Source: Podarcis gaigeae (taxonomy: Eukaryota). From it: DNA of 64,000 nt. The stretch lies in NCBI GenBank assembly GCA_964106915.2, contig OZ066921.1; one strand, given 5' to 3'. How positions within the stretch are numbered: the stretch's first letter is position 1; each line of letters opens with the position of its first letter. Below are positions 31,801-44,600 of the stretch, piece after piece. A program made the translations under genes and the position numbers. The notes below the pieces were generated by a model that was not told the DNA's origin, searched no databases, and saw only the letters and a list, made by a program, of their open reading frames with translations.

Positions 31801-33900
31801 AGACAAAAAGTCTGTGGTGCTGAGCTCCCTGCTGAGGACCGTGTAGGAACCAAAGTGGTGGATGTCCACAGAACTGGGGCCAAGTGTGTCCCAGGAGAGG
31901 CAGGGGATTCCCAGCGGCCAGGTGGCGACTACCACACCGTGGGGCTTCTACGGATCAAGCCAGGCCGTGGGGCCCAGACAGCCTCCATGTCTTGCAGCGA
32001 TAAGCTGTTGCGCTGGAATGTCCTTGGCTGCCAGGGAGCCCTCCTGATGCATTTCCTCCAGCAGCCCATCTACTTTTCAGCCATGGTTGTGGGCCGTTGT
32101 CCCTACAGCCAGGAGGCCCTGCGGAGGGCCATCGTTGCAAGGTGAGCAAGTTGTGAGGATGGGGAGGGTATTAGCCAGGTGGATGGAGCATTGCAGTTAC
32201 TTCTGGGGATCATGCTTGTTTCCTTATTCCAAACACTGGATCGTGTCATGTTGCTGAACGGTGGTTGTGCTATTCTGTCCCCCAGGGGTCTGCCTGTTTT
32301 GTGTTTGCCAGATGGCTTCCGAGTTCAGGAGCTGGAAATCCTGCAGTCCCAGCTGGGCTTCATCCACAGCCGTGAAGCAGTCCAAGCCAACCATGCTCTG
32401 CACCAAGGGAGGGTGGTGCCCTGTGGGGCAGGTGGGTGTCTCCAGGGGCGTTTATGAGGGTGCTTGGGCTTTCTGCTCCCCTTCCCTTGCTTGGAGGTGG
32501 TGGGAGGGAAACCCTGCTGTGGGAATTGATATTGTTTGTATGCATTACCAGAGCCATAAAAGTCTGAGGGCAATTCCAACGTTGCCATCTAACCAAAGAG
32601 ACCAACTTGCATTGCAGGGGTTGGACTAGATGACCCTTGGGGTCTCTTCCAACTCTAAAATTGTATGAGAAGGAAACTTGGAGGTTGGGGTAGAGTGGGG
32701 AGCAATAGATTTCCTTCTGGAAGTTCCCTGGGTATTTGTGCTGACTTGATTGATAAACAGATATTATCGGCAGAGCAAATAGACATTACTGATAAAATTG
32801 CTGTTTGTAATAATAGAAAGCAATGCTGGCTGCATTGGAAGGAATAAAATCACCAGGTAAGAGGAAGGGAAAGGAGGAAAAGGAGAGGCAGCAGCTAACC
32901 AATGTGTGTGCATTTGGTGTCAGCGCATACCTGGGCAGCCGCCTTCTTCTCAGGGATATGGCCAAAGCACTTGTTGAGATGTTGGGTTCTGAGCTGGGGG
33001 TTTTAAGGGAGGGGGAAAGATGTCATTGTGTTACTACCTAGCGATAGGGTTGCCAGCATTGGGGCAGCAAAAGGCAAAGCTGGTGATCCACAGCTGGTAA
33101 CAGTGGTAGGAGCAAAGGCCACCGTCTGTTGGGCTGCCTGCAAAAGAATAACCATCTGAGTTGGGGGCTTTACAGGATGTCACTTAGTGTTTCCCTTGCA
33201 TATTTTGTGGCAAGTGACTCCTCCTTCCTCTCTTTCCTCCCAGCTATCAGCTGGAGTGCTGTTCCGGAGCACCCACTTGATGTCACTTCACATGGCTTCA
33301 AGCAGGGGTCAACCAAGAAAGTGATTGGAAGCCCAAAGTCCAGGTGTGTGTCACAGGTGGCAGGAGCCACAGCTAGGTAGTGGGGTGTGTGTGAGAGAGA
33401 GGCAGATGCAGTCCTTTGGATGATTTCTGTGTGCGCGCTGAGTGAGCCAGACTTGTTGAATTTCAGAGAAGAGGTGAGTCTCAAACCACAAGAGCCCGAC
33501 TCTTTCAATTGACTTCATTCTGTACCACCCCCACCCTGCTTCTTCTGAACTGGTTTCATGGCAGACCTTTTGTCCGGTTTTTAACTTCCTTACCATTAGT
33601 GATAAATGATTCAGGTCAGTTGCTTGGTCTTGCCATAGGAACCTAACAAAAGCCCTAGAGCTGGATTAGGCCAAAGATGGCCCATCTAGCCCTGTGTCCT
33701 GTTCTCACAGTGGCCAACCAGATGCCATAAAGGGAAGCCTACAAGTAGGATCCAAGCACAAACAGAGCATTTTACCACTCAGGATCCCACCAGTGACTGG
33801 TAATCAGAGGCATGTCGCCATCTTGTCTAGTAGCTTATACGCCATCAACATGCCTCCTGCTGTTGAAAGTCATTGTGGCCAAGTGGGCTGTGAAGCATTC

Positions 33901-33936
<36 letters not shown>

Positions 33937-36900
33937 TAAACGCTGGGATCAAGCAACAGAACTGACACACTTAACATACATTAAATGAAAAATAATGCCT
34001 GAAACACACAGTTTACATGAGCTGCAAATGACCATGGAGGGTGGCCTGAATTGGTTGGAATCACCCTGGAAAGAAATCTCTGCCACGGTGTGGAGCAGGA
34101 GCCTGAAGTGTTGCAGCTGTAATCGTAACAGTACCAGCTGCATAGACAATGAGACCATTTATTACTGAGCTGCTTCTAAGGAAATGGGGAAGGAGGCTTG
34201 GCATCTCAGGGGAAAGTTTTTAGTCAGCAGCTGATCAGCTTACAGCCTCCCAGGAGACAAAGATCCTCTGAGGAGAAGAGGGTGGACAGTTGTCATTGCA
34301 GGGTGAGGGGAGGTGTCGGAGTGTAGCACTTTGGCCCTACAAGGATCTATACTGAGAGTGGTGAAATAACCTTGAGAGATGGTGATGATTAATGAGGGAG
34401 TGAGGGCGGTGTTTTCTTCAAATCTACTCGGGACAGTAGCATTCCAAGCAAGACACATGAGCTCCTCACGGGTCTGTGTGCGCGTAGGAACCAGGCAACA
34501 GAGTTGGCACACTTAACATACATGAAGCAGAAAATAATCCCCAAGACGTACAATCTGTCCCAAGGGGGTGAGTTGCCTACAGTCAACCTAGAAGAAAATC
34601 TTGGCCCCAGTGAAAAGGGGCGTGTGTGTGGCTAAGGGCCAGAGTAATTTCATTACAGGCTTGTTGACAGGCTTGAGGCAGGCTGATCATATAACACCGG
34701 ACTTGGCATAGCTGCAGTGGCTGCCGGCACATTTCAAAGTGCTGGTTTTAACCTGGAAGGTCCTTTATGGCTCAGGATCCCAATATCCTTCAGAACTCCT
34801 TTCTCAATACAAACTTTGGCCTTCACCTGTGGGTGGCAACAAGGGCAAGTTTTTTTTTGGGGGGGGGGCTTTTCCATTTATGGAGGTCTGTCCTGACACC
34901 ATCATTAAAATCCTTTTGACACCAGGTTAAAAATTAAGTCATCTTCTTTTGTTGTTGCTTTTCTGCTGGGTTTGTTTGTGGATTATTGGAATTGTTTTAT
35001 AATTTTTCTTTTTGTCTTTTAATCTTTCCTTAAATTGCTTAGGTACTTTTTTGGTAGCAGATGAAAAATAAGTCACTTAACTAATTATATTAATAATGAG
35101 ATGTAAAAGCATCAAGAATCAATACCATGTTCCGTTTTGGCAGCCCCACGTGAAAAAGCATAGTCAGAAATGGGAGTCTTATGAGGCAGGATAGCTACAA
35201 CTCCCAGATTTTAGCCGTAAACATTGTTGAGAAGCAAGTGAGAAATACGACCCAGTGTGTTGTAGTGGGCACAGCCTTGGACTAAGACTTGGGAGACTAT
35301 GGTGATGATGATGTACCAACACAGGGCATTTTACAACATAAAAACAAAAAAATACACAACTTAGTAACAAACAAACTTTAAAAGGCCATGGATGGTTTAA
35401 TTAAACAAAGGCCTGGAAGAAGAGGACTGGTTTTGCATGGGGCCTAAAGACATGTAACAAATATATGCAACAAAGGCACCAGGTGAGCCTCGCTTTGGAG
35501 AACATTCCACAAGCAGAGAGCTACCACAGAAAAAGCCCATTCTGGTGTCCCGTCTCCCATCTCCCATCATCAACCACAGATCCACAGGCCCACCAGAATG
35601 AAGCTGCGGAACCACTGGAGGCCAATGGACCACTGTTTGGGAACCCCTGATGTACACCATCTTGAACTCCTTGGAATATAAATGTACTCATCATCATCAT
35701 GATGCTATTTGTGTACCTTTCCCAGTCATCTGATTTTGGGGAGGCGGGATGCTGTGCTAATTCAAATGATAAATCCTGGCAGTTTTAGTTCCTTAAATTT
35801 CTCAATCCTTAGGCAGCATGCCTCTATTTTTAAAAGGTTTTTTTAATATAACTATCATAAGAACTTGAGCCTCTTCTTAAAACACACTCACACAAGGAAA
35901 AAAAGCCTTATGATGGCAGATTCCCTCATAGATTGCCAATTGCACCAGTCTCCATTGGGCATTAAGTGTTAGGAATCCCTGTCAACCTGCAGATATCAAT
36001 TTCTGAAAAAGCAGAGGTCTTCCAAGAAGTTTTTTTGCAGTGGCCTTTGGGGACAGAAGCTTGGCCAATCAGCGCTTCAACCAACAAGCTGGCACCCTTG
36101 TCTCCTTTTGCAATGAGACTTATGATCAGAATTTGGTCTTCTGTTGCCGATAGGTCTCAAATCTGCAAGGTGGAACTCTTTCATGCATTCCTGAAGCTGG
36201 TGGCCAGCATTCCACAGGAAAAACTGCCAAAAACTCTCAGGTGAGGAATTTCCCACTGTCTTTTAACTGCTGCATGCTCCACTTCTCCGACAGCAGGAGG
36301 GCCCCATGTTCTCCCTGTACCACCATGGGGTTGGCAACTTTTTCCTTTGAAAGGTAAATTGACCAATGGGAAAAGTGAGCCAGTGGACAGAGCTAAAGTC
36401 CAAAGCAGCTGGCATTTGCAGGACTGCTGAGTTTGTTTAGCTCTTTCTCTCTCGCCTTGTACTGCTCCATCCCTTTAGGCTGCCTGCAGCAAGGCTGTGA
36501 GCCAGTTTTGAAACTCAGTTCTATGGGGATTGTATCCTTTCTTTCTAATAGAAAACACTGTATCATTGTTCTTTCCCAAGCTTTCCCTCCTGTATGCTAC
36601 CCACTTTCTGTTTAGCTGCATCTCCCTGTACTGAATGGCTTTCCCCTGCAGTGTCTTACAATCTTTGCATTAATGCTATGTTTGCTTTGGCTGTATTGAG
36701 GTTGCGTGCAGACACTTCCAGGGCCAGGCTCTCATCTTCCCTGTTCTAACACACTCCTGCCAGCACCTGCTTCTGCAGGCTGACTAGATGTGCTGTGTGT
36801 ACTAAGAGGTATGCTGGCCCCATGCTGCTTGCATAACTTCTCCTTCCTCAAACATATTTTGGGCTTTGCTTAGTTTTGCAATTTCCTGGGGTTTTGTTTG

Positions 36901-37911
36901 CACTTTGCCTGTTTCCTGTCTCTCTGTACCCTTGAGGCAGAGACTGGTGCCCAGGCAGCTGGTTCTGATTTGACACGGTTGTCCCTCCCTGTGGGCAGGA
37001 GGGGGCAGTATTTCTATATTCAGGTAACTTGGTCTTCTTCCTGCACACTTTGATGGGGCAGGAGCTGCTGAAGACAGTGGGCCTCTGCCCTGTTCACCTT
37101 GGGTGCTTAACTTCCCTTCTTGTTCAGCCACAGAGTGCCCAGAGAGGAGCAAAACCTGCCCTTCTTCAGCAAAGTTGCAGGCAAGAGCAGGGCTGGACAT
37201 AGCTAAGTTGGTGTGCTGGATACAGTTGGTGTTTTGATACTCTATGGTGGGCAGCAGCTGCATGGCTTTAAAAATAAATAATGGTTACGTAATAAACATT
37301 GGCTGAGTGCAAAGCTTTTGTTCTAGCCTCAGCCTGCCTCACAGCCTTTCAGATGTCTGCAGATATCCCCTCCCACAAAACGCAGCCAAAGCTGTCAACA
37401 GCCTACTCCAGTCTCTGCAAAAACACCAAGTTTTCTTTTATCCTGCTACCCTCCACCTTCAGCAACTTGCCAAGTAGGTGGTATGTGCACAAGCTGGCTC
37501 CTGCTGCTGAGTGTCCCACTTTGTGGGTGTTCGTATGGCCTCCTCTGGGCCTCCCCCTTGCAAGGCAAACACAGGCAGAGCTGCTTGTGACCATTTCTAC
37601 ACCAAAACATTTTATTGCAGCCCTTAGGCCATGAAGTTTTTGTGTGGTTGTTGAATGTTTGCTATTTGTTGGGCTAAGCATGGCCTGAATGGTGATGATA
37701 TCCTTTGTTTACAAAGAGCTGGGAGGGGGGAGCAAGGCAGAACAGTGACCCATTCCAGTACTGTTTGTTTCTCCTCAGAGAGAAGAAATTAAAGACTTAC
37801 TGGGAGTATAAGGAAGCCGCTGCCAGTTACCAAGAAGCCTGGAAAGCACTGCACAGCCAAGCTTTGGGCTGCTGGGTGAGGAACAGTCGTGATTACCTGC
37901 ACTTCACGTGA
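28821..37911 (+). CDS. ADAT1: tRNA-specific adenosine deaminase 1, 9 coding exons, 448 aa
   Basis: Exons 28821-28950, 29910-29978, 30146-30200, 31059-31189, 31646-32141, 32286-32431, 33244-33343, 36154-36240 and 37779-37911; 1347 nt. Starts MWTADE. Motifs GTGTKC, DSHAE, PCGDAS and SMSCSDK. Confidence 0.95.
32607..32668 (+). mobile_element. CR1 LINE 3' terminal fragment
   Basis: ggggttggactagatgacccttggggtctcttccaactcta..attgtatga is the CR1 3' hairpin and tail. Confidence 0.7.
33904..33935. repeat. (TG)n microsatellite
   Basis: 16 perfect GT units. Confidence 0.95.
34670..35090 (+). mobile_element. Degraded L2 LINE 3' fragment
   Basis: Translates [29 protein letters not shown], the typical L2 ORF2 C-terminus. 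Confidence 0.7.
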
Positions 37912-38121
37912 GAGGAGGAAGTTGCACTGTGACACCTGGCTCAGAGCCAAGACTGCCTCACCTAGGGGGTGGGATGCTACTGGTCCCTCCTGTGACTGAC
38001 AGGCATAGAGCTGCAATGATTGAAACGTGAAAGATAAATATTCTTGAAACTTATTTTTAAACCACCACGACTGCTACATACTTAGCCACCACCACCCTTT
38101 ACATTTTAACAAAAGGGCATA

Positions 38122-38366
38122 CAGTGGTACCTCGGGTTACATATGCTTCAGGTTACATACGCTTCAGGTTACGGACTCCGCGAACCCAGTAATAGTACCT
38201 CGGGTTAAGAACTTTGCTTCAGGATGAGAACAAAAATTGCGTGGCGGCGGCGGTGCAGCAGCAGCGGGAGGCCCCATTAGCTAAAGTGGCACTTCAGGTT
38301 AAGATCAATTTCAGGTTAAAAACGGACCTCTGGAACAAATTAAGTACTTAACCCGAGGTATCACTG
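38122..38366. mobile_element. Tc1/mariner-superfamily MITE
   Basis: TIR cagtggtacctcgggtta / taacccgaggtatcactg with TA TSD on both sides. Internal repeats of ttcaggtta. Confidence 0.92.
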
Positions 38367-38662
38367 TACTAAAGCAAGGTAGCAGCCCATGAACCCTGTT
38401 ACTTAATTGTTGCAGCATGGTCTTTTCTGTTTTTGTCTTTCTGTAATTTGGGTGTGACTGAGGGTTATTAAGTCAGGCTGAGATTGCAAACAGCTCTTTG
38501 CAAATCTATTGTTAATTAACTGTAGTAGACAAAAAGTGGGATCTCCAATTGTGTAATGTTTGCAGTTCTGGTGCTCGATATGAATAATTTTAATTGTATA
38601 CTCATTTTAAGAAGTTATTATTTAGGCTTTTGTTGACAGAAGTTTTAGAAACTTATTAAGTA

Positions 38663-38838
38663 CAGTAAGCCTGCAACTTATGCACATTTAACTTGTGTGC
38701 ATTCAGCTTTATGCACTTTGCAATTAAAAAAAAAAAGACTTTGGCAATCCCACCCACTGTTGCACCCAATGTGTTTTGATTGTACAGGATTTTTGGCTTT
38801 AGGTGTGATTCCTGGAACGTAACCCCAGGGTCTTACTG
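38663..38838. mobile_element. Older Tc1/mariner (Tigger-like) MITE
   Basis: TA-cagtaag...cttactg-TA termini with degenerate subterminal repeats. Confidence 0.6.
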
Positions 38839-39787
38839 TACAGGACAGATTGAAAGTGACTCTTGCATGCTGGTTATTTGAACTAGTTGGAGCTCAAACA
38901 TAAATGCTTAGAGCAGGGGTCATCAGTGTGCCCTCAGATGTTGCTGGACCAATCCAGTCATCCTTTACCACTGACCATGTAGTAGTGCAACAATCTGGAG
39001 GGTCCCATGTTTGTTTTCTCTGGCTCAAGAGCCTAGTACTGTTAAAATAAGCCATTTAGGAGTTCTTCTACTGAAGCAAGCTAGGCTACTTTGTATAGTA
39101 AACAATTCCATTTAGCTTTATCAGCTTTTAGAGAATTTTGAGGTCAGCACAGCAACTGTCTAAACTGGATTGTGAGGATGAATGCATTATTGAAAATGTA
39201 TCCTGTGACAGCAATGGATTACACAGCTGTGTTTTAGTATGGCTCATAGAGGTGAGTGTAATTGATAGACCTGTGTAACAAAGGCACCAGGGGATGAACA
39301 CCAAGGAGAGGAAGTCCATTGCTGCTGCAGGAGGGGGAAGGAGGCCAGCTCACTCCTCAAAGATTTAAAGAGCGGCCTGATTTTCTCATGAGTGCCAACA
39401 TATTACTGCATAGGATTATCGGGCCAGCCATCATTGTAAATGCAGCCTTGGGGGAGGTGAAGAATGTTACAGGGCTTGTGAAACTTCCTCATGCCCATCC
39501 TGCTTATTCACTGAAAACCTACGTACTTAATTCATCCAATCTGCCATAGTTGGCTGCCTCTTTGTTAATTATAAACAAGGTACCCACCAAGCCGGATAGA
39601 TGACTAATAACATGTGATGTAATGCTAGTTTTCATGACATCGTTAAGGTGTGCTTAGAACAGAATTGGCTACATCTGGCATCTACCTGCTTTTTGGATGT
39701 GGAGAGCAAATATGACCACCTCCAAGACTGTAGCTAGATATATCTGTCTTTGCTCTGAATACTATCACTACAACATGGTTATTGATT

Positions 39788-40272
39788 TGTTGTTGTTTAG
39801 TCATTTAGTCGTGCCCGACTCTTCGTGACCCCATGGACCAGAGCACACCAGGCACTCCTGTCTTCCACTGCCTCCTGCAGTTTGGTCAAACTCATGCTGG
39901 TAGCTTCGAGAACACTGTCCAGCCTTCTAGTCCCCTGACGTCCCCTTCTCCTTGTGCCCTCCATCTTTCCCAACATCAGGGTCTTTTCCAGGGAGTCTTC
40001 TCTTCTCATGAGGTGGCCAAAGTATTGGAGCCTCAGCTTCACGATCTGACCTTCCAGTGAGCACTCAGGGCTGATTTCCTTAAGAATGGGGAGAGGTTTG
40101 ATCTTCTTGCAGTCCATGGGACTCTCAAGAGTCTCCTCCAGCACCATAATTCAAAAGCATCAATTCTTCGGCGATCAGCCTTCTTTATGGTCCAGCTCTC
40201 ACTTCCATACATCACTACTGGGAAAACCATAGCTTTTACTATATGGACCTTTGTTGGCAGGGTGATAATCAA
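39788..40272 (-). mobile_element. BovB (RTE clade) LINE, 5'-truncated
   Basis: Minus ORFs MVFPVVMYGSESWTIKKA..IDAFELWCWRRLLRVPWTARRSN and YFGHLMRREDSLEKTLMLGK. (CAA)n tail. 11-bp TSD ggttattgatt at 39777-39787 and 40273-40283. Confidence 0.95.
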
Positions 40273-40490
40273 GGTTATTGATTAGCCTTTGTCAATCAAG
40301 AATTATAGCCAGAGCAAGCCTCATGCCTATTGTATACCTTGAAAGATACATCCATGTATATTCCATTTTATTTCCAAATAAAATGGAAATAAGATTGTTC
40401 CATAACTGCCAAATAATTGGGCATGGGTAGCATTCAGCTGACAGCTGCAAAACGTTGTTACAAATTATTATTATTATTTTAAAAAAATGA

Positions 40491-40837
40491 GGACCGGGTG
40501 GCACTGTGGGTTAAACCACAGAGCCTAGGGCTTGCCTATCAGAAGGTCAGCAGTTTAAATCCCCGCAATGGGGTGAGCTCCCGTTGCTCAGCCCTAGCTC
40601 CTGCCAACCTTAGCAGTTCAAAAGCACGTCAAAGTGCAAGTAGATAGGTACCGCTCCGACGGGAAGGTAAACGGCGTTTCCGTGTGCTGCTCTGGTTTGC
40701 CAGAAGAGGCTCAGTCATGCTGCCCACATGACCCAGAAGCTGTATGCCGGCTCCCTTGGCCAATAAAGTCAGATGAGCGCCGCAACCCCAGAGTCGGCCA
40801 TGACTGCACCTGATGGTCAGGGGTCCCTTTACCTTTA
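40491..40837 (+). mobile_element. Sauria SINE (subtype A)
   Basis: ggaccgggtggcactgtgggttaaaccacagagcctagg...ggtcaggggtccctttaccttta. Confidence 0.92.
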
Positions 40838-41614
40838 TTATAAAAATAATACTGTCCACCTCCACCACCCCTTGTTAAAGAAAGGAATGCAGGGACCTGT
40901 CTCCAGATATTAAATAATCCTACAAAGGGAAGTCCTGTCCGATCACTCTTCAAAGTTCCTCACCAAAAGCTCAAGGAAACTGATCTGGCTCCTAAAGAGG
41001 AAGAGTGTGAAGGAACTTATTGGAGGTCTTCTCACAGTCTGAGAAATGCCTAGATCTGCAAAAGCAGTTGCTTCGGTGCTCACAGCTTATGCCGTAGGAC
41101 AGATGCAGGATCACGCCTTGTAAAGCTTGACCTCGTAAGACTGTGTTAGAAAGTGAGGCTGAAGTAAAATAAAACTGAAACGTATTTGTGAGAGGAATTT
41201 TAATCAGTTTCCTCTAGCAAAATTCATCAAGAGGAAGACACTAGCCAAAATCAACATATTAGCATCTTGAGACTGTTTGTAACAATCTAGAAGCGCCCTT
41301 ACTATGAAACTGTAATAATTAATAATTAGTCAAACCTTCATTGCAAAATCCCCCTCCCCCCTCACTTTAATCCCTCAACTACCTTGCTTCAGTATTTAAA
41401 TAATGTCAGTATATGTGTCCCAGAGGAGAGAGACTATGGAATTTACAGCTATGAGTACAATGTGCAATGGGGAAATAAAACTTTCATAAATTACCAGGCT
41501 AACAAAAATCTATCCATATATTAAATCAACCCAGTGACAGATGCAGGATGTGCCCCGGGGTCATGATCACAAACAAGAGGCTATTTACAAGACACAAGAG
41601 GAAAGGAGATGCAA

Positions 41615-44600
41615 TCAGATGCCAAAGGTGTTTTCTCCACTATAGGCCACATACAGGAAGCCATCCTCGTCCTTCTCCTTCTCGTAAAGCTGTCCCATTG
41701 TCAGGCTGAAGGTAAGAAGATAAGACAGTGAGGAACTTGCTAGGGTATCAAAGGAGTCTACATAGCAACTAAGAGGGAATGCAAACTGAATGGAAGCCCA
41801 GGCGATTCTTTAGAAAAGGACCTTTTCTACTTGTACTATGTGTGTCTGTATAATGGTTACTATAACCACTTGCAGCACATCTCTCTCTCATCCTGTGCTT
41901 TTGGTTGCCCAGGATTTTATTGTTTCATCTGGTATTTTATCTTCTGGTGTTTATATTGTGTGTATGTGTGTAAATAATTTGCTGTCTTTTTGAAAACTGC
42001 TTAGAGACTGTTCTGGTATTAAGCTCAATATAAATTCCTGTTAAGCTGCAACATTTTACAAAGACTGAAGTTCATGACAAAAGATTAAAATGTTATCTAC
42101 CTCTTGAGAAATTCAATCTGTAATCTAATAAAAATATGAAGGTTAAAAAAAAAGCTTGGCAAAAATAAATGAACAGAAGCACATTAGATCTATACTTGGG
42201 CTGCAATCTTGGAAATTATGCCTACAGAATTCTAGTGGGCTTACCTCTGAGTAGGTAGGCATAGGATTGAATTAATTGTTTAAAACCATAAAATACTGAT
42301 CCTCTAACATCATGAATTTGGCATAAGGGGTTAACTTCTGACTTAATACTAGGGTTTCGGGAAGATGTAGTCCTCAGCCTTATTTCATGTAAGGGAAACT
42401 TTGAAGGAAAAAATGGCAGAGAGATTAAAGAAAAAGAGTAAACATTTCTACTCCCCAAATCAGTTAAAAGCATTACAAATTTTTCTATAGCAAGCACTGT
42501 GTCCACCTGAGTGATCTTGCATATTCCTGTGTACACAACTTGAGTTCTGCTATTCACACTGCTCTGAAATTAGGAACATTTGCGTATTCTAAGCTAGTAT
42601 AGTTTAACACTAGTTCTGTCTCTGAACAGACATTGGCTGCAGTAAGCAAAAGTTATGGATTGCTGGGGTGGGGCTGGAGCAAAACAGGAAAAGGAGCAGA
42701 AATGGTTTAGAAAAGTTATCTTGTCTGAGGAAAATGCACTAAACCACATTTTAATTCTATAACCAGACACTTTGTGGAGAGTTGAGGAGGAAGATTAGAA
42801 CACCACAACTCAACAAAACTCAGCTATACATAGCCTAACATAGTTAGACTACAGTAGCACCCCCATAGGAAAATCAATATATGAGAGCCCACCTGTATGA
42901 TGCCTCAGGTTCCAGAACAGAAGAAAGGCAGGAGGGATATCCATGAATCAGAAAACCACATACACTCTCAGCTGGCCCCACCAGCCAGCCAGGTATAAGC
43001 TGCAGCCATGGGCCACTGGAGGAAAACTGCTGCTATAACCCACAACAAAACAAATTCTTGCCCTTATGATGACTAAGTAAAAGGGTTAAAGACTACTTGT
43101 TTTCTTAAAACTGGGGAGCATATTTCTACATTCCCTCTTAGCCAGCGGAAGGTCAGCCTAGGCAAAAGCAGGGAGAACCACCTTGCCCTCCTCCCACCAC
43201 CTGTAGCAATTAGCTAGAAATAAAGATTTAAGCTTTTATTTCAACCCTAGTTACCAGAAGGGAGAAGGAGCAGAGAAGTTTAACTCCTTCCCTGACAAGC
43301 TGCACATTCCATGAAGATTTTATCCCCACACAGGCTGTGGAGTGGTGGCAGCAGACGTCTATTAGAAGCTTTCTGAAAGCCTAATTGCAGTGAGTGTGTT
43401 TCTGGAATGGGGTGGGGGGTATCACAGTGCACAGGAAGGGAAGGCTAGGATGAGGAAAGGACACCAAAGTTTGTATGCAGAGGTCCTATGGATGGATCCA
43501 GTCTTTGGACCAAGAGTTCCCCACCTCTCTTAATGGAAGCAGAATATTCAGGAGATGCCTGGGCAATCTCTCACTGCTTGGCTATGTGTGTATGATGCAA
43601 GCGTAGTTCGCCAGGAACCGGACAACTTACAAACAACTGTATGAATATAAGAGCTGTCTCAGTCAGTAGGACATGAGACTCAGTCTCAAGGTTATGGGCA
43701 AAATATTCCTGCACTTCAGGGGATTGGACTAGATGACCCTCATTGTCCATTTAAACTCTGATTCTGGATCAGGCCAAAAGCCCATCTAGCCTAGCATCCA
43801 CGTGCCTATGGGAAGCTCAAAAGCTGGACCTGGATACAACAGCACTCTCCCCACCCATGATTCCTCTGAGGAATGAATAGTCATTCATACTCCAAAATTA
43901 GAGATGGAAAATATCTAGCCATCCAGATATTGCTGGATTACAACTCCTTTCAGCCCAAACCACCATGACTGAGAGTAAGGGGTGATAAGAATTGCAATTT
44001 AGCAATGTATGAAGGTCCATATGTTAATCACCCCTGCCCTAGATCATCTCAGCTGAGGCTGCAAACTGCTTTCTTTCCCTTGGAGTGAGGAAGCCAATTT
44101 CACATTGAACAAACAACTGCAAAGACTGAAAACAGCTATTTCAGGACACAAGCCAAAGTGCCCTGGAGGATCATGCCATTTTAGACAGCTGGTCATCAGC
44201 TTTGTTTTCCATGAGAAAACGGCAGGTGTCGTCCTTGAAGAAGGAAGATCCTCACCTGGATTGAGGGACAGTCTTGTCTACAAAGAGGAATATTGCCTTC
44301 TCAGACGGCAGTTGAATCCTCTTCCGGATGATCCACATAAACTGAGCCACAGTTATGTCAGATGGAACCAGGTACTTCCGCTTGTCAATGTCCACAATCT
44401 GAGAGCCTGAGACCTTTTCAACAATCACCTGCCCAAAGGACAATGGAGGGGGATAAAATGGAGGGGGACAGGATACATTAGAACATTAACACAAGGACAA
44501 TATACGCAATGGCAGTTGGAGAGGCTCAGCAGAAAAAATGATAGACAAGACCAGCCACAGAATGTCACAACCTCTTCTCAGTTCTCTGAAATGCAAAGGG

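Noticed and set aside
38122-38366. Short direct repeats resembling a CRISPR array
   Set aside because: Internal repeats of a TA-flanked mariner-type MITE in a vertebrate genome; no spacers and no cas genes.
41615-41623. GABARAPL2 ending FGI rather than FGF
   Set aside because: The residue after Gly116 is removed by ATG4, so the change is likely neutral.
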